Of a DNA stretch of 20,000 bases, positions 1-8,663 are shown piece by piece. The position numbers and the translations under genes were made by a program. The stretch's first letter is position 1, and every line of letters starts with the position of its first letter. The notes under the pieces were generated by a model. It worked only from the letters and a program-made list of their open reading frames with translations, made no database searches and was not told the origin of the DNA. Source of the stretch: an uncultured virus (IMG/VR IMGVR_UViG_3300029288_000087) (taxonomy: Duplodnaviria > Heunggongvirae > Uroviricota > Caudoviricetes); IMG/VR virus record IMGVR_UViG_3300029288_000087. One strand, 5' to 3'.

Positions 1-239
1 TCGCGGAGCGCGGTGTCAGCGTGCTTCGAGATCATGACCATCACCGGGTCGCCACGCACATCCACAACGGCCAGCGCCTCGTCTGGGAACCGGCCAGCGT
101 CGAACTCCTCGATCGTCACCACCGGCTGGCGTCCCTGCGCAAAGACGACAAGGATCGCCGGGTCCGGATCCCCGCTGGCCCGAAGCACCATGACCCGGCA
201 CTGGATCTGTTCGAGCACGCTCGCCAGATCGGTTGCCAT
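1..239 (-). CDS. Hypothetical protein, partial (runs off left edge)
   Basis: Not in ORF track. ATG at 239 after AAGGAAGGG; translates MATDLASVLEQIQCRVMVLRASGDPDPAILVVFAQG... with no stop to the edge. Alternative in-frame ATG at 260. Confidence 0.65.
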   Translation of the reverse strand, partial: MATDLASVLEQIQCRVMVLRASGDPDPAILVVFAQGRQPVVTIEEFDAGRFPDEALAVVDVRGDPVMVMISKHADTALR

Positions 240-276
240 CCCTTCCTTGCCTGAAAACATCGCTTTTATTTCTTCC

Positions 277-305
277 TTGACGCCGCGTCTCGGCATGTAT
301 ATCAC
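277..305 (+). promoter_or_regulatory. Putative sigma70-type promoter, probably giving a leaderless mRNA
   Basis: TTGACG (277-282), 17 bp, TATCAC (300-305), then 7 nt to ATG 313 with no SD; lies in an AT-richer divergent gap. Confidence 0.5.
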
Positions 306-312
306 TGATGGT

Positions 313-555
313 ATGTCGCATCCCGGTGAAAGTCAACAGCTCAAAGGTCTCCAGATCGCTCTTCGTATCTCGCAGGAGATGGATGACGAACTTCTCCAGC
401 TCGCGCAGCGATGGGAGCGCACGATGACGCTCGACACGCGCGTGGGCAAGACGACGATCGCGCGCGAGGCTCTCAAGCGGGGCATGAGGCTGATCGACGA
501 GGAGCTTACGGCCATCGAGGCGAAGCAAGGGAAGAAGAAGGACGGCGGGCGATGA
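313..555 (+). CDS. Ribbon-helix-helix (CopG/Arc-like) DNA-binding protein
   Basis: [20 protein letters not shown]...[13 protein letters not shown] fits beta-strand plus two helices; stop overlaps next ATG (ATGA). Confidence 0.7.
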   Translation: MSHPGESQQLKGLQIALRISQEMDDELLQLAQRWERTMTLDTRVGKTTIAREALKRGMRLIDEELTAIEAKQGKKKDGGR

Positions 556-725
556 CCTACGAGTACGAGTGCGACGCCTGCGGACACGAGTGGGAGCAGG
601 AACAGAAGATCACTGAGGAGCCGGTGAAGGTGTGCCCGAAGTGCGGGGAAGAGGCGGCGAAGCGGCTCGTGTCCAACGGCAACTTCGTGCTCAAGGGGAA
701 GAACTGGGCGAGGGATGGGTACTGA
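552..725 (+). CDS. FmdB-family zinc-ribbon protein
   Basis: [32 protein letters not shown]...[19 protein letters not shown] is the typical family pattern. Confidence 0.9.
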   Translation: MTYEYECDACGHEWEQEQKITEEPVKVCPKCGEEAAKRLVSNGNFVLKGKNWARDGY

Positions 726-912
726 CGCAAAGCCCACGTGGCTCCTCCGCGTCGAGATGCAGCACGCTGTCTTCGGTATCATCGTTGCGGCAGACGGCAG
801 CGTGATGGAAGCCGCGCCCATCGCGAAGTGGTCGGTGGGTAAACGAGGTCGGGAAGTCGTTCGGTACTTCAGGGAGCGGGGAGCGACGGTAACGGTGCAT
901 GGAGGGAAGTAG
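715..912 (+). CDS. Hypothetical phage protein
   Basis: 65 aa ORF packed between neighbours, natural composition. Confidence 0.7.
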   Translation: MGTDAKPTWLLRVEMQHAVFGIIVAADGSVMEAAPIAKWSVGKRGREVVRYFRERGATVTVHGGK

Positions 913-915
913 TCG

Positions 916-1575
916 ATGAGCGAGAAGCACGTAAAGATCGTCCGAGCAGTCCGGGACCAGCTCAAGGCCTACGGCGTCAACAAGGACGAGAGCCTGCGTG
1001 ACGCTATCGATCGGCTCACGGCTGAGCACGCGCTCGCGACCGATGAAGCGCGCACCTACAAGAGGCTCACGGAGGAGGCGCAGCAAGAAGCTGCCCTGGC
1101 CCGCAAGACGCGTGACGAGGCAGAGGCAACAGCGATCGTCGCGCTGGCGAAGGAGAGAGCTGCGACGTTCCAGAACCGCGCGCTGCGAGCGTTCCTTGAT
1201 CTGGTCATCGAGCGCAGCGGCGCGCAGATCCAGAAGGACTACGCGGGGGCCCTGGCGGAGATCGATGCGCGGAGCAAGACCATCGCGAAGGAAGCGGGCA
1301 CGACCCGGCTGGAAGACGACATCCGAGAAGTGGAAGCCCGACGCGTGACGGCGTTCGCTCAGTCGATGCAGGGGAAGTCGTTCGACACCTACGGGAATCC
1401 GCTACCAAACGGCGTGCTTTGTAGAAAGAGGGACTCGTATCTCGACGACTGCCTCGCCCCGAACCCGAAACATCCTGGCGCGAATTGCCATCGTCCGAAG
1501 ACGCACGGTGGCCAGCACCAGAACGGGGACGACGTGTGGGGCGATGAACCTGAAAGCAGAAAGGCAGGTGCGTGA
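916..1575 (+). CDS. Hypothetical coiled-coil protein with Cys/His-rich C-terminus
   Basis: GGAGG upstream; Ala/Glu/Arg helical body; stop overlaps next start. Confidence 0.75.
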   Translation: MSEKHVKIVRAVRDQLKAYGVNKDESLRDAIDRLTAEHALATDEARTYKRLTEEAQQEAALARKTRDEAEATAIVALAKERAATFQNRALRAFLDLVIERSGAQIQKDYAGALAEIDARSKTIAKEAGTTRLEDDIREVEARRVTAFAQSMQGKSFDTYGNPLPNGVLCRKRDSYLDDCLAPNPKHPGANCHRPKTHGGQHQNGDDVWGDEPESRKAGA

Positions 1576-1958
1576 TGCCCTGGTGCTACGCAACGTCCAG
1601 AGAAGCCGAAGCATGGAACGGAAACTTCGCGACGCGGGAAGAGGCGATCGAGGAGGGAACTCGCGAGTACGAGGGCGACGCTGATCATTTCTTCGTCGCG
1701 TGCGGCGAGTGTCCGGACCCGGCTGATGCCATGCCCCGAGCGCTCGACATCATCGAGATGATGGTGGAGTGTGCTGGCGACGAATGGGGCGAGATCGCGG
1801 AGGACTGGCCCGAAGTCTCTAAGGAAGAGGAGAAGGAACTGGACGACATCCTGGAGGGATGGGCACGCAAACACTGCCGCATCTCGTTCTTCATGGTGGA
1901 TGGCGACAAGGCAGAGGAGGTGCGCATCGCGAAGGCAGAGGAGCCGAAGCAACCGTGA
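1572..1958 (+). CDS. Acidic hypothetical phage protein (paralog of 18519-18932)
   Basis: Coupled to both neighbours; FATREEAI motif resembles FDTREEAM in the paralog. Confidence 0.8.
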   Translation: MMPWCYATSREAEAWNGNFATREEAIEEGTREYEGDADHFFVACGECPDPADAMPRALDIIEMMVECAGDEWGEIAEDWPEVSKEEEKELDDILEGWARKHCRISFFMVDGDKAEEVRIAKAEEPKQP

Positions 1959-2158
1959 GCGCGCGGCAAGAGAGGATGGTCGAAGCCAGACAGCGCCTCG
2001 ATGACGCGATCGGCGCGCTCTCCGACCTGTACGAGTACGGCCACCTGCTCGCCCAGACCGAGCCCGACAAGCTCCTGATGCTGGCTGTTGAGGAGATCCG
2101 AAAGGCGCGGGACGAGAAGCGCAACGAGAAGAAAGGCACGCGAACACATGGACGATGA
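1955..2158 (+). CDS. Hypothetical protein
   Basis: GTGA overlap start; helical sequence MSARQERMVEARQRLDDAIGALSDLYEYG... Confidence 0.7.
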   Translation: MSARQERMVEARQRLDDAIGALSDLYEYGHLLAQTEPDKLLMLAVEEIRKARDEKRNEKKGTRTHGR

Positions 2159-2729
2159 TGCTGCCAACAAGACTCCGGAGCCCGCTCCGTTCGTCTGCCC
2201 ATACCACAGGCCGTCTCCACCCTGGACATGGCGCGACACCGTAGGGGTGCTGCTCCTGATTGCCGCTGCGACCGTGCTCACCATCGGCATGTATCACGTC
2301 GAAAAGCTGAGCGAGCACTACTGGATCATGTCGGCCTACCTCACGAAGCCCATAACGCTGTACTCTTACCGTGGACATCGTGAGTGGGTAGATCGGGATC
2401 GGATCGAGAAGTCCGACGCGGACGACTACGGCCAAGCGTACAGGGAGGGGTACCACGACGGCAAGGGCATGTGCGTGGCCGCGTACAAGAGGACGAAGAG
2501 CCCAACTGCGCTCTGGGTCTCGACGGGTTGCATCGACGCCTGCGCTGCCATGCGCAAGGCGGGGGCTCACGACATGAGTGCACAGACGCCCGGACATGCC
2601 TGCGAGTTCTTCTGCGAGGCGGGCAACGAGCGGGGCTACGACGATCCGTGGCCGGTTGCGTGCTTCCAGCGGGCGAAGTCGCAGCAGGATGTCCACGACT
2701 GCTGGATCGGGGCGGAGAAGAAACAATGA
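2148..2729 (+). CDS. Hypothetical membrane protein with Cys-rich C-terminal domain
   Basis: TM segment VGVLLLIAAATVLTIGMY; several Cys downstream; ATGA overlap with next gene. Confidence 0.7.
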   Translation: MDDDAANKTPEPAPFVCPYHRPSPPWTWRDTVGVLLLIAAATVLTIGMYHVEKLSEHYWIMSAYLTKPITLYSYRGHREWVDRDRIEKSDADDYGQAYREGYHDGKGMCVAAYKRTKSPTALWVSTGCIDACAAMRKAGAHDMSAQTPGHACEFFCEAGNERGYDDPWPVACFQRAKSQQDVHDCWIGAEKKQ

Positions 2730-2962
2730 CCAGGATGGCTCACCACGAAGAGTGTGGCATCTGCCACAGCGACCACATGTGCGAGCACAGGCTTCCGAAA
2801 GTCGAACCTCGCCCTCCGAGCATCTGCCCCCTGTGCGGAGAGCCGATCAACCCGCTCGACGAGATCGAGACCGATCGGGACCGCCTGATGAGGGCAGCGC
2901 CCGGCTGCACCACCGATGGGTGGATCGCTCACAAGAGCTGTGTCACCAAGGCGGGCACGTGA
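2726..2962 (+). CDS. Small zinc-finger-like protein
   Basis: CGICHSDHMCEH, CPLCGEPI and HKSC motifs; overlaps at both ends. Confidence 0.7.
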   Translation: MTRMAHHEECGICHSDHMCEHRLPKVEPRPPSICPLCGEPINPLDEIETDRDRLMRAAPGCTTDGWIAHKSCVTKAGT

Positions 2963-3804
2963 CCACCCCCAAGACAACGTGCGGGACATGCGGCGGTGAC
3001 TACCCAGTCGGCTCGACATGTCCTAGCTGCGGTCCCCACAACCCCGGAGCGGCGCTGTTGGGCGCTCTCCGCGGGCACGGCAGTGGCTTGGCACCCGATC
3101 CGTTCGAGCAGGCCGAAGCGTGCCCGTACTGCGACATCAAGGACCAAGTGATCAAGGCTGCTGGCGAGCAGATCGAGGCTCTCGAACAGAAGCTCGCTGA
3201 CGCCGCTGCTGATCGCGACAGGAACGCATCGTCCGTCGAGACACTGATCCGCGAGATTGGCTACAACCGCGTGCTACCGTATGGAGATGTGGGCGCTGCC
3301 GTCGAGTACGCCCGCGGGCTGCACGCGAGGATCGCATCCGACGCAAGCGACAACGCCAGATTGTGCAATGCCCTCAACCGGGACAAGACCGGGCTGGCGC
3401 AGGCGCTCGTGGATGTCCTGACTGAAGCCAGGGGTCGTCGCTGGCTCGGGCCAGAAGGCGGGTGGGGCTCGTACGAGTGGCAGGAGCACACGACGGACAC
3501 GCTGCGCAAGGAGATCGAGTGGGCCCTGGACGCCATCGAGACGATCGCGAAGAAGGCGCTCGCCACGTCGGGCGCGCTCGCGACGGAGACGCTTCGGCTC
3601 ACAGCAGAAAAAGCCCGCGCGATGTGCAGAACGGCGGTAGACATACCCAGCCGCTACGGCATGATCGAAGGCGCGCACCATAAGCAGTGGGTCATCGACC
3701 AGATGCTTCGGAAGATGCTCGGAGAAGCGGGCTACGCTACTTGGGTAGCGGGGATGAACGCGGACCCCGACTTCGCACCGTGGGACACGGGGATCGCGCC
3801 ATGA
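2959..3804 (+). CDS. Multidomain hypothetical phage protein (N-terminal Zn ribbon, coiled coil, GAHHKQWVIDQM C-terminal domain)
   Basis: GTGA overlap start; CGTC/CPSC/CPYC motifs; C-terminus YGMIEGAHHKQWVIDQMLR...WDTGIAP resembles a recurrent phage domain of unknown function. Confidence 0.75.
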   Translation: MTTPKTTCGTCGGDYPVGSTCPSCGPHNPGAALLGALRGHGSGLAPDPFEQAEACPYCDIKDQVIKAAGEQIEALEQKLADAAADRDRNASSVETLIREIGYNRVLPYGDVGAAVEYARGLHARIASDASDNARLCNALNRDKTGLAQALVDVLTEARGRRWLGPEGGWGSYEWQEHTTDTLRKEIEWALDAIETIAKKALATSGALATETLRLTAEKARAMCRTAVDIPSRYGMIEGAHHKQWVIDQMLRKMLGEAGYATWVAGMNADPDFAPWDTGIAP

Positions 3805-4058
3805 AGGCCCTCTGCCCCTGTGGCCGCATCGCCACGTGGTTCTACATGCTCTGCACACCCGCTCCGGTCGTGTACTGCGATGCCTGCGTGCCCCGCAACT
3901 GCGCCTGCGGCGTCTGCCAGCAGTTCGGAGAAGAGCGTGACGAGCAGGGGCGCTTGACGCCCTGCATTTGGTGGGCCGAAGAGCCGCATGGAGTGGATGA
4001 TAGCGAGCCCGGGTGGATCGCACACGATCAGCCGTTCGAGCAACCGGAGGCGACGTGA
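3801..4058 (+). CDS. Cys-rich small phage protein
   Basis: CPCGRIATWFY...YCDACVPRNCAC...DEQGRLTPC; overlaps at both ends. Confidence 0.75.
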   Translation: MKALCPCGRIATWFYMLCTPAPVVYCDACVPRNCACGVCQQFGEERDEQGRLTPCIWWAEEPHGVDDSEPGWIAHDQPFEQPEAT

Positions 4059-4489
4059 AAAAGCTCAAGGTGCTCCCACCCATGACGTGCGATCCCGGCT
4101 GCGGGGACTGCTGCGGTATCGTCCCGGTGACCGAGACCGAGTTCCAGCGGGTCGCTCGATACGCCCGCGAGCACGCCGTCGAGCCGCTGCGGCAAAGGAT
4201 CACCTGCCCCTGGTTCCAGCAGGGCAGCTGCGCGGTCTACCCGGCGAGACCCCTGCCATGCCGCCTGTTCGGGCACACCCCGGGGCTGGCGTGTCCGAGA
4301 GGGCACAGCGCGTTCGTGTGGGAGCGCGAGATTCAGCGCATGATGCGAGCGAACGGAAAGCCCGTAAAGCTGCTGCACGACGTGTTCCCCGACTTCAGGA
4401 ATGGGATGGCGCTCGACATGTTTATCGATCAGATCCAGCAGGCCGCGCAGTTGTACGCTCGCGACATGAAGTTCGCGGGAGGGGTGTGA
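4055..4489 (+). CDS. YkgJ-family (CxxCxxCC-type) cysteine-cluster protein
   Basis: CDPGCGDCC...CPWF...CAVYPARPLPCRLFG signature; GGAGG SD before GTG. Confidence 0.85.
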   Translation: MKKLKVLPPMTCDPGCGDCCGIVPVTETEFQRVARYAREHAVEPLRQRITCPWFQQGSCAVYPARPLPCRLFGHTPGLACPRGHSAFVWEREIQRMMRANGKPVKLLHDVFPDFRNGMALDMFIDQIQQAAQLYARDMKFAGGV

Positions 4490-4491
4490 GT

Positions 4492-4767
4492 ATGAGTAGG
4501 GACGAAGAACCGAACATCATGTTGCCGGATGAAACGCAGCGCATATCGGACCTGCACAACGAGGCCTTGGCTGACCTGAGCATCGCGCTCGACATACTCG
4601 AAGATGAGCAGTGGGACGGGGACACGGCTGCGCTACCGGACGAACGCGACAGGGGCTGCGCGACGTGCAAGAACTCGGAGGTGGATGGAGCGCACAAGTG
4701 CGATTGTGCCAAAGCCCTGCTGCTGCGCAAGTACGGGCGGAAGGTCAAGATCCAGGGGGATCCTTGA
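4492..4767 (+). CDS. Hypothetical protein with CxxC...HxxxC motif
   Basis: GGAGG upstream; CATC...HKCDC. Confidence 0.7.
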   Translation: MSRDEEPNIMLPDETQRISDLHNEALADLSIALDILEDEQWDGDTAALPDERDRGCATCKNSEVDGAHKCDCAKALLLRKYGRKVKIQGDP

Positions 4768-5126
4768 GGCTCAACTGGCACCGTCCCCGAGGCCACCCGA
4801 TGCCCTTCCGACAGCGCTTCGCTCGTCCACAACCCCTGCGGTGCCGCTCCCTGCCGAGGCCGTCTGTGCCGCCTGCATGCGCCCGTAGCGCCGAGTCGCT
4901 GGCCTGCGTGAGAAGGACGAGGCTTGAGATCGCCGTCCAGCAGTTCGAGCAGATCGCGAAGCGCATCCAGATCGAGAACAGCGACACCGGAACCACAGCG
5001 TACGGCATCCGGATCGACCGGGGCCTGCTCTCGGTGCGCGTGTTCGTGAACGGCGAGCTTCGCGAGGTGATTGACCTACCAACCAGGGACGAGTACCCTA
5101 CGATGTCGTACGGGAACCGCGTCTGA
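4764..5126 (+). CDS. Hypothetical protein (start uncertain; may be GTG near 4908)
   Basis: TTG overlaps previous stop; C-terminal half looks protein-like, N-terminal Pro/Arg-rich part is doubtful. Confidence 0.5.
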   Translation: MRLNWHRPRGHPMPFRQRFARPQPLRCRSLPRPSVPPACARSAESLACVRRTRLEIAVQQFEQIAKRIQIENSDTGTTAYGIRIDRGLLSVRVFVNGELREVIDLPTRDEYPTMSYGNRV

Positions 5127-5154
5127 CCCCACTCGCTGATAAGGAGCTGGCAAC

Positions 5155-5784
5155 ATGGATCTGGCCTCTATTGAGCAACTCGCAAATACCATCGCTTCCA
5201 TCCCTGATACGCGGCCCGACTGGATGAAAAACGTGTGCATGGGAAATGAGGGCTGGCTATATTACAGATTCTTCCACGAGTTCATTCAAAGGCATGGGCC
5301 AGCGCGTGTTGTAGATATTGGGACTCACATGGCAGGTTCTGCTGTACACCTCGCCTGCGGCAACCCGCAGGGCCACGTCTACACAATGGACCCGGACCCG
5401 AACTCAAAGAACTGCGTCGCGCTTCTTCCGGTGAAGAACATCACGGCGTTCACGGGTACTTCCATGGCTCTGGCGGATCAAATCCGCCGGTTCGGGCCGT
5501 TCGACATCGCTGTCATCGACGGCGAACACCACATCAATCACATGTACCCAGAATACGTGTGCTACCGAAGCATGGTGAAAGACGGAGGGCTCATCTTCTT
5601 CGACGACGTGAACTATGACCAGTTCCCCAGCATGCGTATTGCCTGGGATCTCATCCCGGACCCCAAAGCGCTGCTACCTACGCTGCACTTCTCTGGGTTC
5701 GGCGTCTGCAAGGTAGACCACAGCATCCACGCCCTGGAGCTTCGGGCCGCTCTGCGGCAGAGAGAGCGAAGAGCTACGGCTTGA
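5155..5784 (+). CDS. Class I SAM-dependent methyltransferase (Methyltransf_24-like)
   Basis: VVDIGTHMAGSA, FDIAVIDGEH and GGLIFFDD motifs; AAGGAG SD. Confidence 0.88.
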   Translation: MDLASIEQLANTIASIPDTRPDWMKNVCMGNEGWLYYRFFHEFIQRHGPARVVDIGTHMAGSAVHLACGNPQGHVYTMDPDPNSKNCVALLPVKNITAFTGTSMALADQIRRFGPFDIAVIDGEHHINHMYPEYVCYRSMVKDGGLIFFDDVNYDQFPSMRIAWDLIPDPKALLPTLHFSGFGVCKVDHSIHALELRAALRQRERRATA

Positions 5785-6262
5785 TCGCCTCGAAGAATGA
5801 GTCGAGACCTTCGATGCGGTTGTCCACGATGACGTAGGACTTCCTACCGTTCTCGATCATCCACTCCCCGAACAGCACCTTGTACGCGTCGTGCGAGAAG
5901 CGCCAGCAGTCGGTCGGATACGCATGGTACCCCCATGCCCAGGCGGCGCTGATGCACAGTAGCCCACTCGGGCGAAGCACGCGATCCATCTCAAGCACGA
6001 GCTTCCATGGCATAGAGACGTGTTCCAGGCTGTTCGCTGAAACCACTGCATCCACGCTTGCGTCGGCCAGCGGGATCTTGAATGGTTCCTTCTCGACGAT
6101 GTCTACGTTCGGACCTTTCTCGATGTCGAACCCGATGTACTTCGGGCCAAACAGCCCGCGCAGGTTCCCATTTACGTCGTAGGCTCCAACATCCAGGACC
6201 ACCGCATGCTTCGGCACCTTCTTCGCGAACTCCGCTAGTCTATTGTAGCTCTGTGCGTGCAT
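5774..6262 (-). CDS. SAM-dependent methyltransferase (Methyltransf_11-like)
   Basis: VLDVGAYDVNG, DIEKGPNVDIV, SVDAVVSANSLEHV, RVLRPSGLL, HAYPTDCWRF. Confidence 0.9.
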   Translation of the reverse strand: MHAQSYNRLAEFAKKVPKHAVVLDVGAYDVNGNLRGLFGPKYIGFDIEKGPNVDIVEKEPFKIPLADASVDAVVSANSLEHVSMPWKLVLEMDRVLRPSGLLCISAAWAWGYHAYPTDCWRFSHDAYKVLFGEWMIENGRKSYVIVDNRIEGLDSFFEAIKP

Positions 6263-7055
6263 TTTCGTTCTCCCGTTTCAAAAAACCAGTTGGGTTCCAT
6301 GTAACACAGAACCGCTCCCGATCCCTGTCGCTTGCAAACTTTTTGTTTTCGGCCAGAAATGCCGCGACCGCCTCATAGGGGCCAGGAGAATGGCCGACGT
6401 TCAACCCGTGATGGCAAATCGTATCTTCCACGATCAGATAGCTGCCGCACGTTACCACGTCTCCATAGGTTCGCATCACGCTCAGCGTGTGTTCATACGT
6501 GTGCGCCGTGTCCTCAATCACGAGAACCGTCTCCGCTCCGCTGCACAGTTTCTTCACATCTCCGAATCTCGCGATGACATCCCCCTGCACCAGCTTGATT
6601 CTAGGGTGCCTCGGAACCGTCTCGTGCAGCATCGCGAAGCTCTTGTCCACACCTACGACGAAGCCCTTCCCGATGCTCTGGCACGTGTCAGCAAGCCACA
6701 GTGTTGCCCCGCCCCTGGATACACCCAGCTCGACGACAGCGTTTGGCCGAAGCTCGTACATGATCTCTCGATACGTCCACAAGTCGAACGGGTTCTTGAG
6801 TGCCACGACTCCATTGTACGCCATGAGACCGGACATCAGGCGCTCCTGGACTTTAGCGAGAGCGTCGCGTACCTTCGCCTTCTGCATCCCTCGCAGGAGC
6901 TTCAGCATATCCTTTGCGCACGCCATGACCCACATGTCAGCAGGCACGCCCACCGACTTCAGTGGCCACGGATGGCGCGGTGTGAACAACTCTGCCTCGA
7001 CAATCGGTAAAATCTCCGACACTGGCCTATCAAGCATGGCTTCCATGATTGGCAT
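6240..7055 (-). CDS. CmcI (cephalosporin hydroxylase / rhamnosyl O-methyltransferase) family methyltransferase
   Basis: KNPFDLWTYREIMYELRPNAVVELGVSRGG, VLVIEDTAHTYEH, GSYLIVEDT, GPYEAV, TWNPTGFLKR. Confidence 0.9.
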   Translation of the reverse strand: MPIMEAMLDRPVSEILPIVEAELFTPRHPWPLKSVGVPADMWVMACAKDMLKLLRGMQKAKVRDALAKVQERLMSGLMAYNGVVALKNPFDLWTYREIMYELRPNAVVELGVSRGGATLWLADTCQSIGKGFVVGVDKSFAMLHETVPRHPRIKLVQGDVIARFGDVKKLCSGAETVLVIEDTAHTYEHTLSVMRTYGDVVTCGSYLIVEDTICHHGLNVGHSPGPYEAVAAFLAENKKFASDRDRERFCVTWNPTGFLKRENENARTELQ

Positions 7056-7058
7056 GAT

Positions 7059-7796
7059 TCAACCCTTGAAATACGGGCTCGCTGGCGGAGCCCTGTGCCC
7101 ATACGCGGAGACCTCCCCGATGTGCTTGCACATGCAGGGGTGAGCGTTGAAGATTGGGATCTTGTGCAGCGCACAGGCTCGGTTGATGCCCATATCCGCG
7201 TACCAGTCCAGTGCCCCGCCATAGACCGGCAACAGCATCTTCTCGCTAATCGTCATGGCAAATTGCGACGCGACAGCAGCAGGCATGCACAGACCATGGT
7301 TGGCGTAAAAAGCAGTCGGGTACTTCCACTTCATCAGGAGATCCTCTCCGAAGCCGGTGGCATCCACCCGATCAAAGTCTTCCAGTCGATACAAGTGATG
7401 CAGAGTTATCATCCACTTGTCGCACTTGCCCGACACGACGCGCACAAGCGCTTCCACTCGCTTGTACCAATCGCGAGCCAAAATCACGTCATCCTCGAAT
7501 ACGCACCCTGGCTCACCTGTCTCCGCGATCCACTTCAGAGCCCGCACCAAATTCAGGGTCAGCCTGATGCCTCCATGCGTCGCGTCCGCGAGTTCGATTG
7601 GAGGGGTCACGTGGACATACGTGCCTTCCGGGACTGATGGTACGATATGATGATCGACGAATACCCCCATGTTCGTGGCCTGAAAAGTCGGATCTTTCTC
7701 GACCATCTCGCGCAGCGTCTGCTCGCAATATCCATACCCGATCCCTATTCTAGGAGCCGTGGTGGTTGCTGCGCGCATCATGATCTTTGTCTCCAC
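7059..7796 (-). CDS. Putative GT-A fold glycosyltransferase (GT25/GT54-like)
   Basis: N-terminal TTAPR...Y...TL, VFEDDVIL metal-binding motif, C-terminal HPCMCKHIG; operon context. Confidence 0.65.
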   Translation of the reverse strand: METKIMMRAATTTAPRIGIGYGYCEQTLREMVEKDPTFQATNMGVFVDHHIVPSVPEGTYVHVTPPIELADATHGGIRLTLNLVRALKWIAETGEPGCVFEDDVILARDWYKRVEALVRVVSGKCDKWMITLHHLYRLEDFDRVDATGFGEDLLMKWKYPTAFYANHGLCMPAAVASQFAMTISEKMLLPVYGGALDWYADMGINRACALHKIPIFNAHPCMCKHIGEVSAYGHRAPPASPYFKG

Positions 7797-7808
7797 GGAT
7801 ACCGCCTG

Positions 7809-8663
7809 TTACCACACGGTTTGCACCATCGGGTGATGTAGTAGATGTTCTCGGCTCAGTGCCTGCTCGACGTATTCTCGATACCTACCCACGTCGCGAC
7901 TGACGCGCCGACCGAACCGCTTTGGCCCATCCATGTGCAGAATCACCTTCCCAGGCGTGTCTGACATCAGGCTGTACTTTTCCGGATCCAGTTGCACAGG
8001 AGAAATGTCCGCTTCCATCGCTGCGCAGTTCATCGGAGTATTCTCAGGAAGGATCGCCAAGGCTCGCGCGTTCGGATGCGCAATACCGAACTCCGACGTG
8101 CGCTGAAACATCTGGATCACCTTCTCACACCGTCGCACAAACAAGAATGCTGCCCCGAAGTACGGCCTCCTGTTCAGTGCGTCCTGTTCTGGCAAGTTGA
8201 AGAAACTCTTCAATTCTGCACCCGAATCGGGGCAGATGTCCAGACGACTGCCAAGATCGCTTCTGCATCTGGCATGGTCGTGCCTAAGCTCTACCGTGCT
8301 TGAATGCACCTGCATGTACGAGGAGTTGTCCACTACGGCTGCCAGCCCGGTCCTGTGAGACTCCTTGATCCCTTCATGCAGCGAAGCAAGTGGCACGGTG
8401 TCCGCGTCGAGAAGCACGACCTCCCTGTCGCCTGCGCAGCTGAGTAGGTGCAACCACGATCTGGGCTTGCGAATGTAGTGCTGCGGATACTCGTCATCCA
8501 CAGGGCGGTGCTCTATCCAGTCCGGGAAGTCTCTGGCATACTTCTGGGGGCTGTAGACGATCACCGTCATATCAGGATCTGCGCGTCTCGCGCAGCATGC
8601 GCTTATCAGCGCCATGCCGACGTAGATCCCGTCCGCGTAGTACGCAAGGATCGTCTGGCTCAC
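7809..8663 (-). CDS. GT8-like glycosyltransferase
   Basis: GTG 8663 overlaps upstream stop; ILAYYADGIYVGMALIS N-terminus, VVLLDADT DxD motif, LAAVVD, ILHMDGPK. Confidence 0.75.
   Translation of the reverse strand: MSQTILAYYADGIYVGMALISACCARRADPDMTVIVYSPQKYARDFPDWIEHRPVDDEYPQHYIRKPRSWLHLLSCAGDREVVLLDADTVPLASLHEGIKESHRTGLAAVVDNSSYMQVHSSTVELRHDHARCRSDLGSRLDICPDSGAELKSFFNLPEQDALNRRPYFGAAFLFVRRCEKVIQMFQRTSEFGIAHPNARALAILPENTPMNCAAMEADISPVQLDPEKYSLMSDTPGKVILHMDGPKRFGRRVSRDVGRYREYVEQALSREHLLHHPMVQTVW

Noticed and set aside
1389..2726. Long antisense ORFs (445 aa here; also 3274-4203, 12970-13938, 18213-19244)
   Set aside because: Arg/Pro/Ala-rich shadow frames opposite well-supported coupled genes, with no motifs.
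4770..4910. Possible structured ncRNA (GGCACCG/CGGTGCC inverted repeat at 4777-4783 and 4839-4845)
   Set aside because: A 7-bp GC-rich repeat is expected by chance; no recognisable RNA family and the region may be coding.
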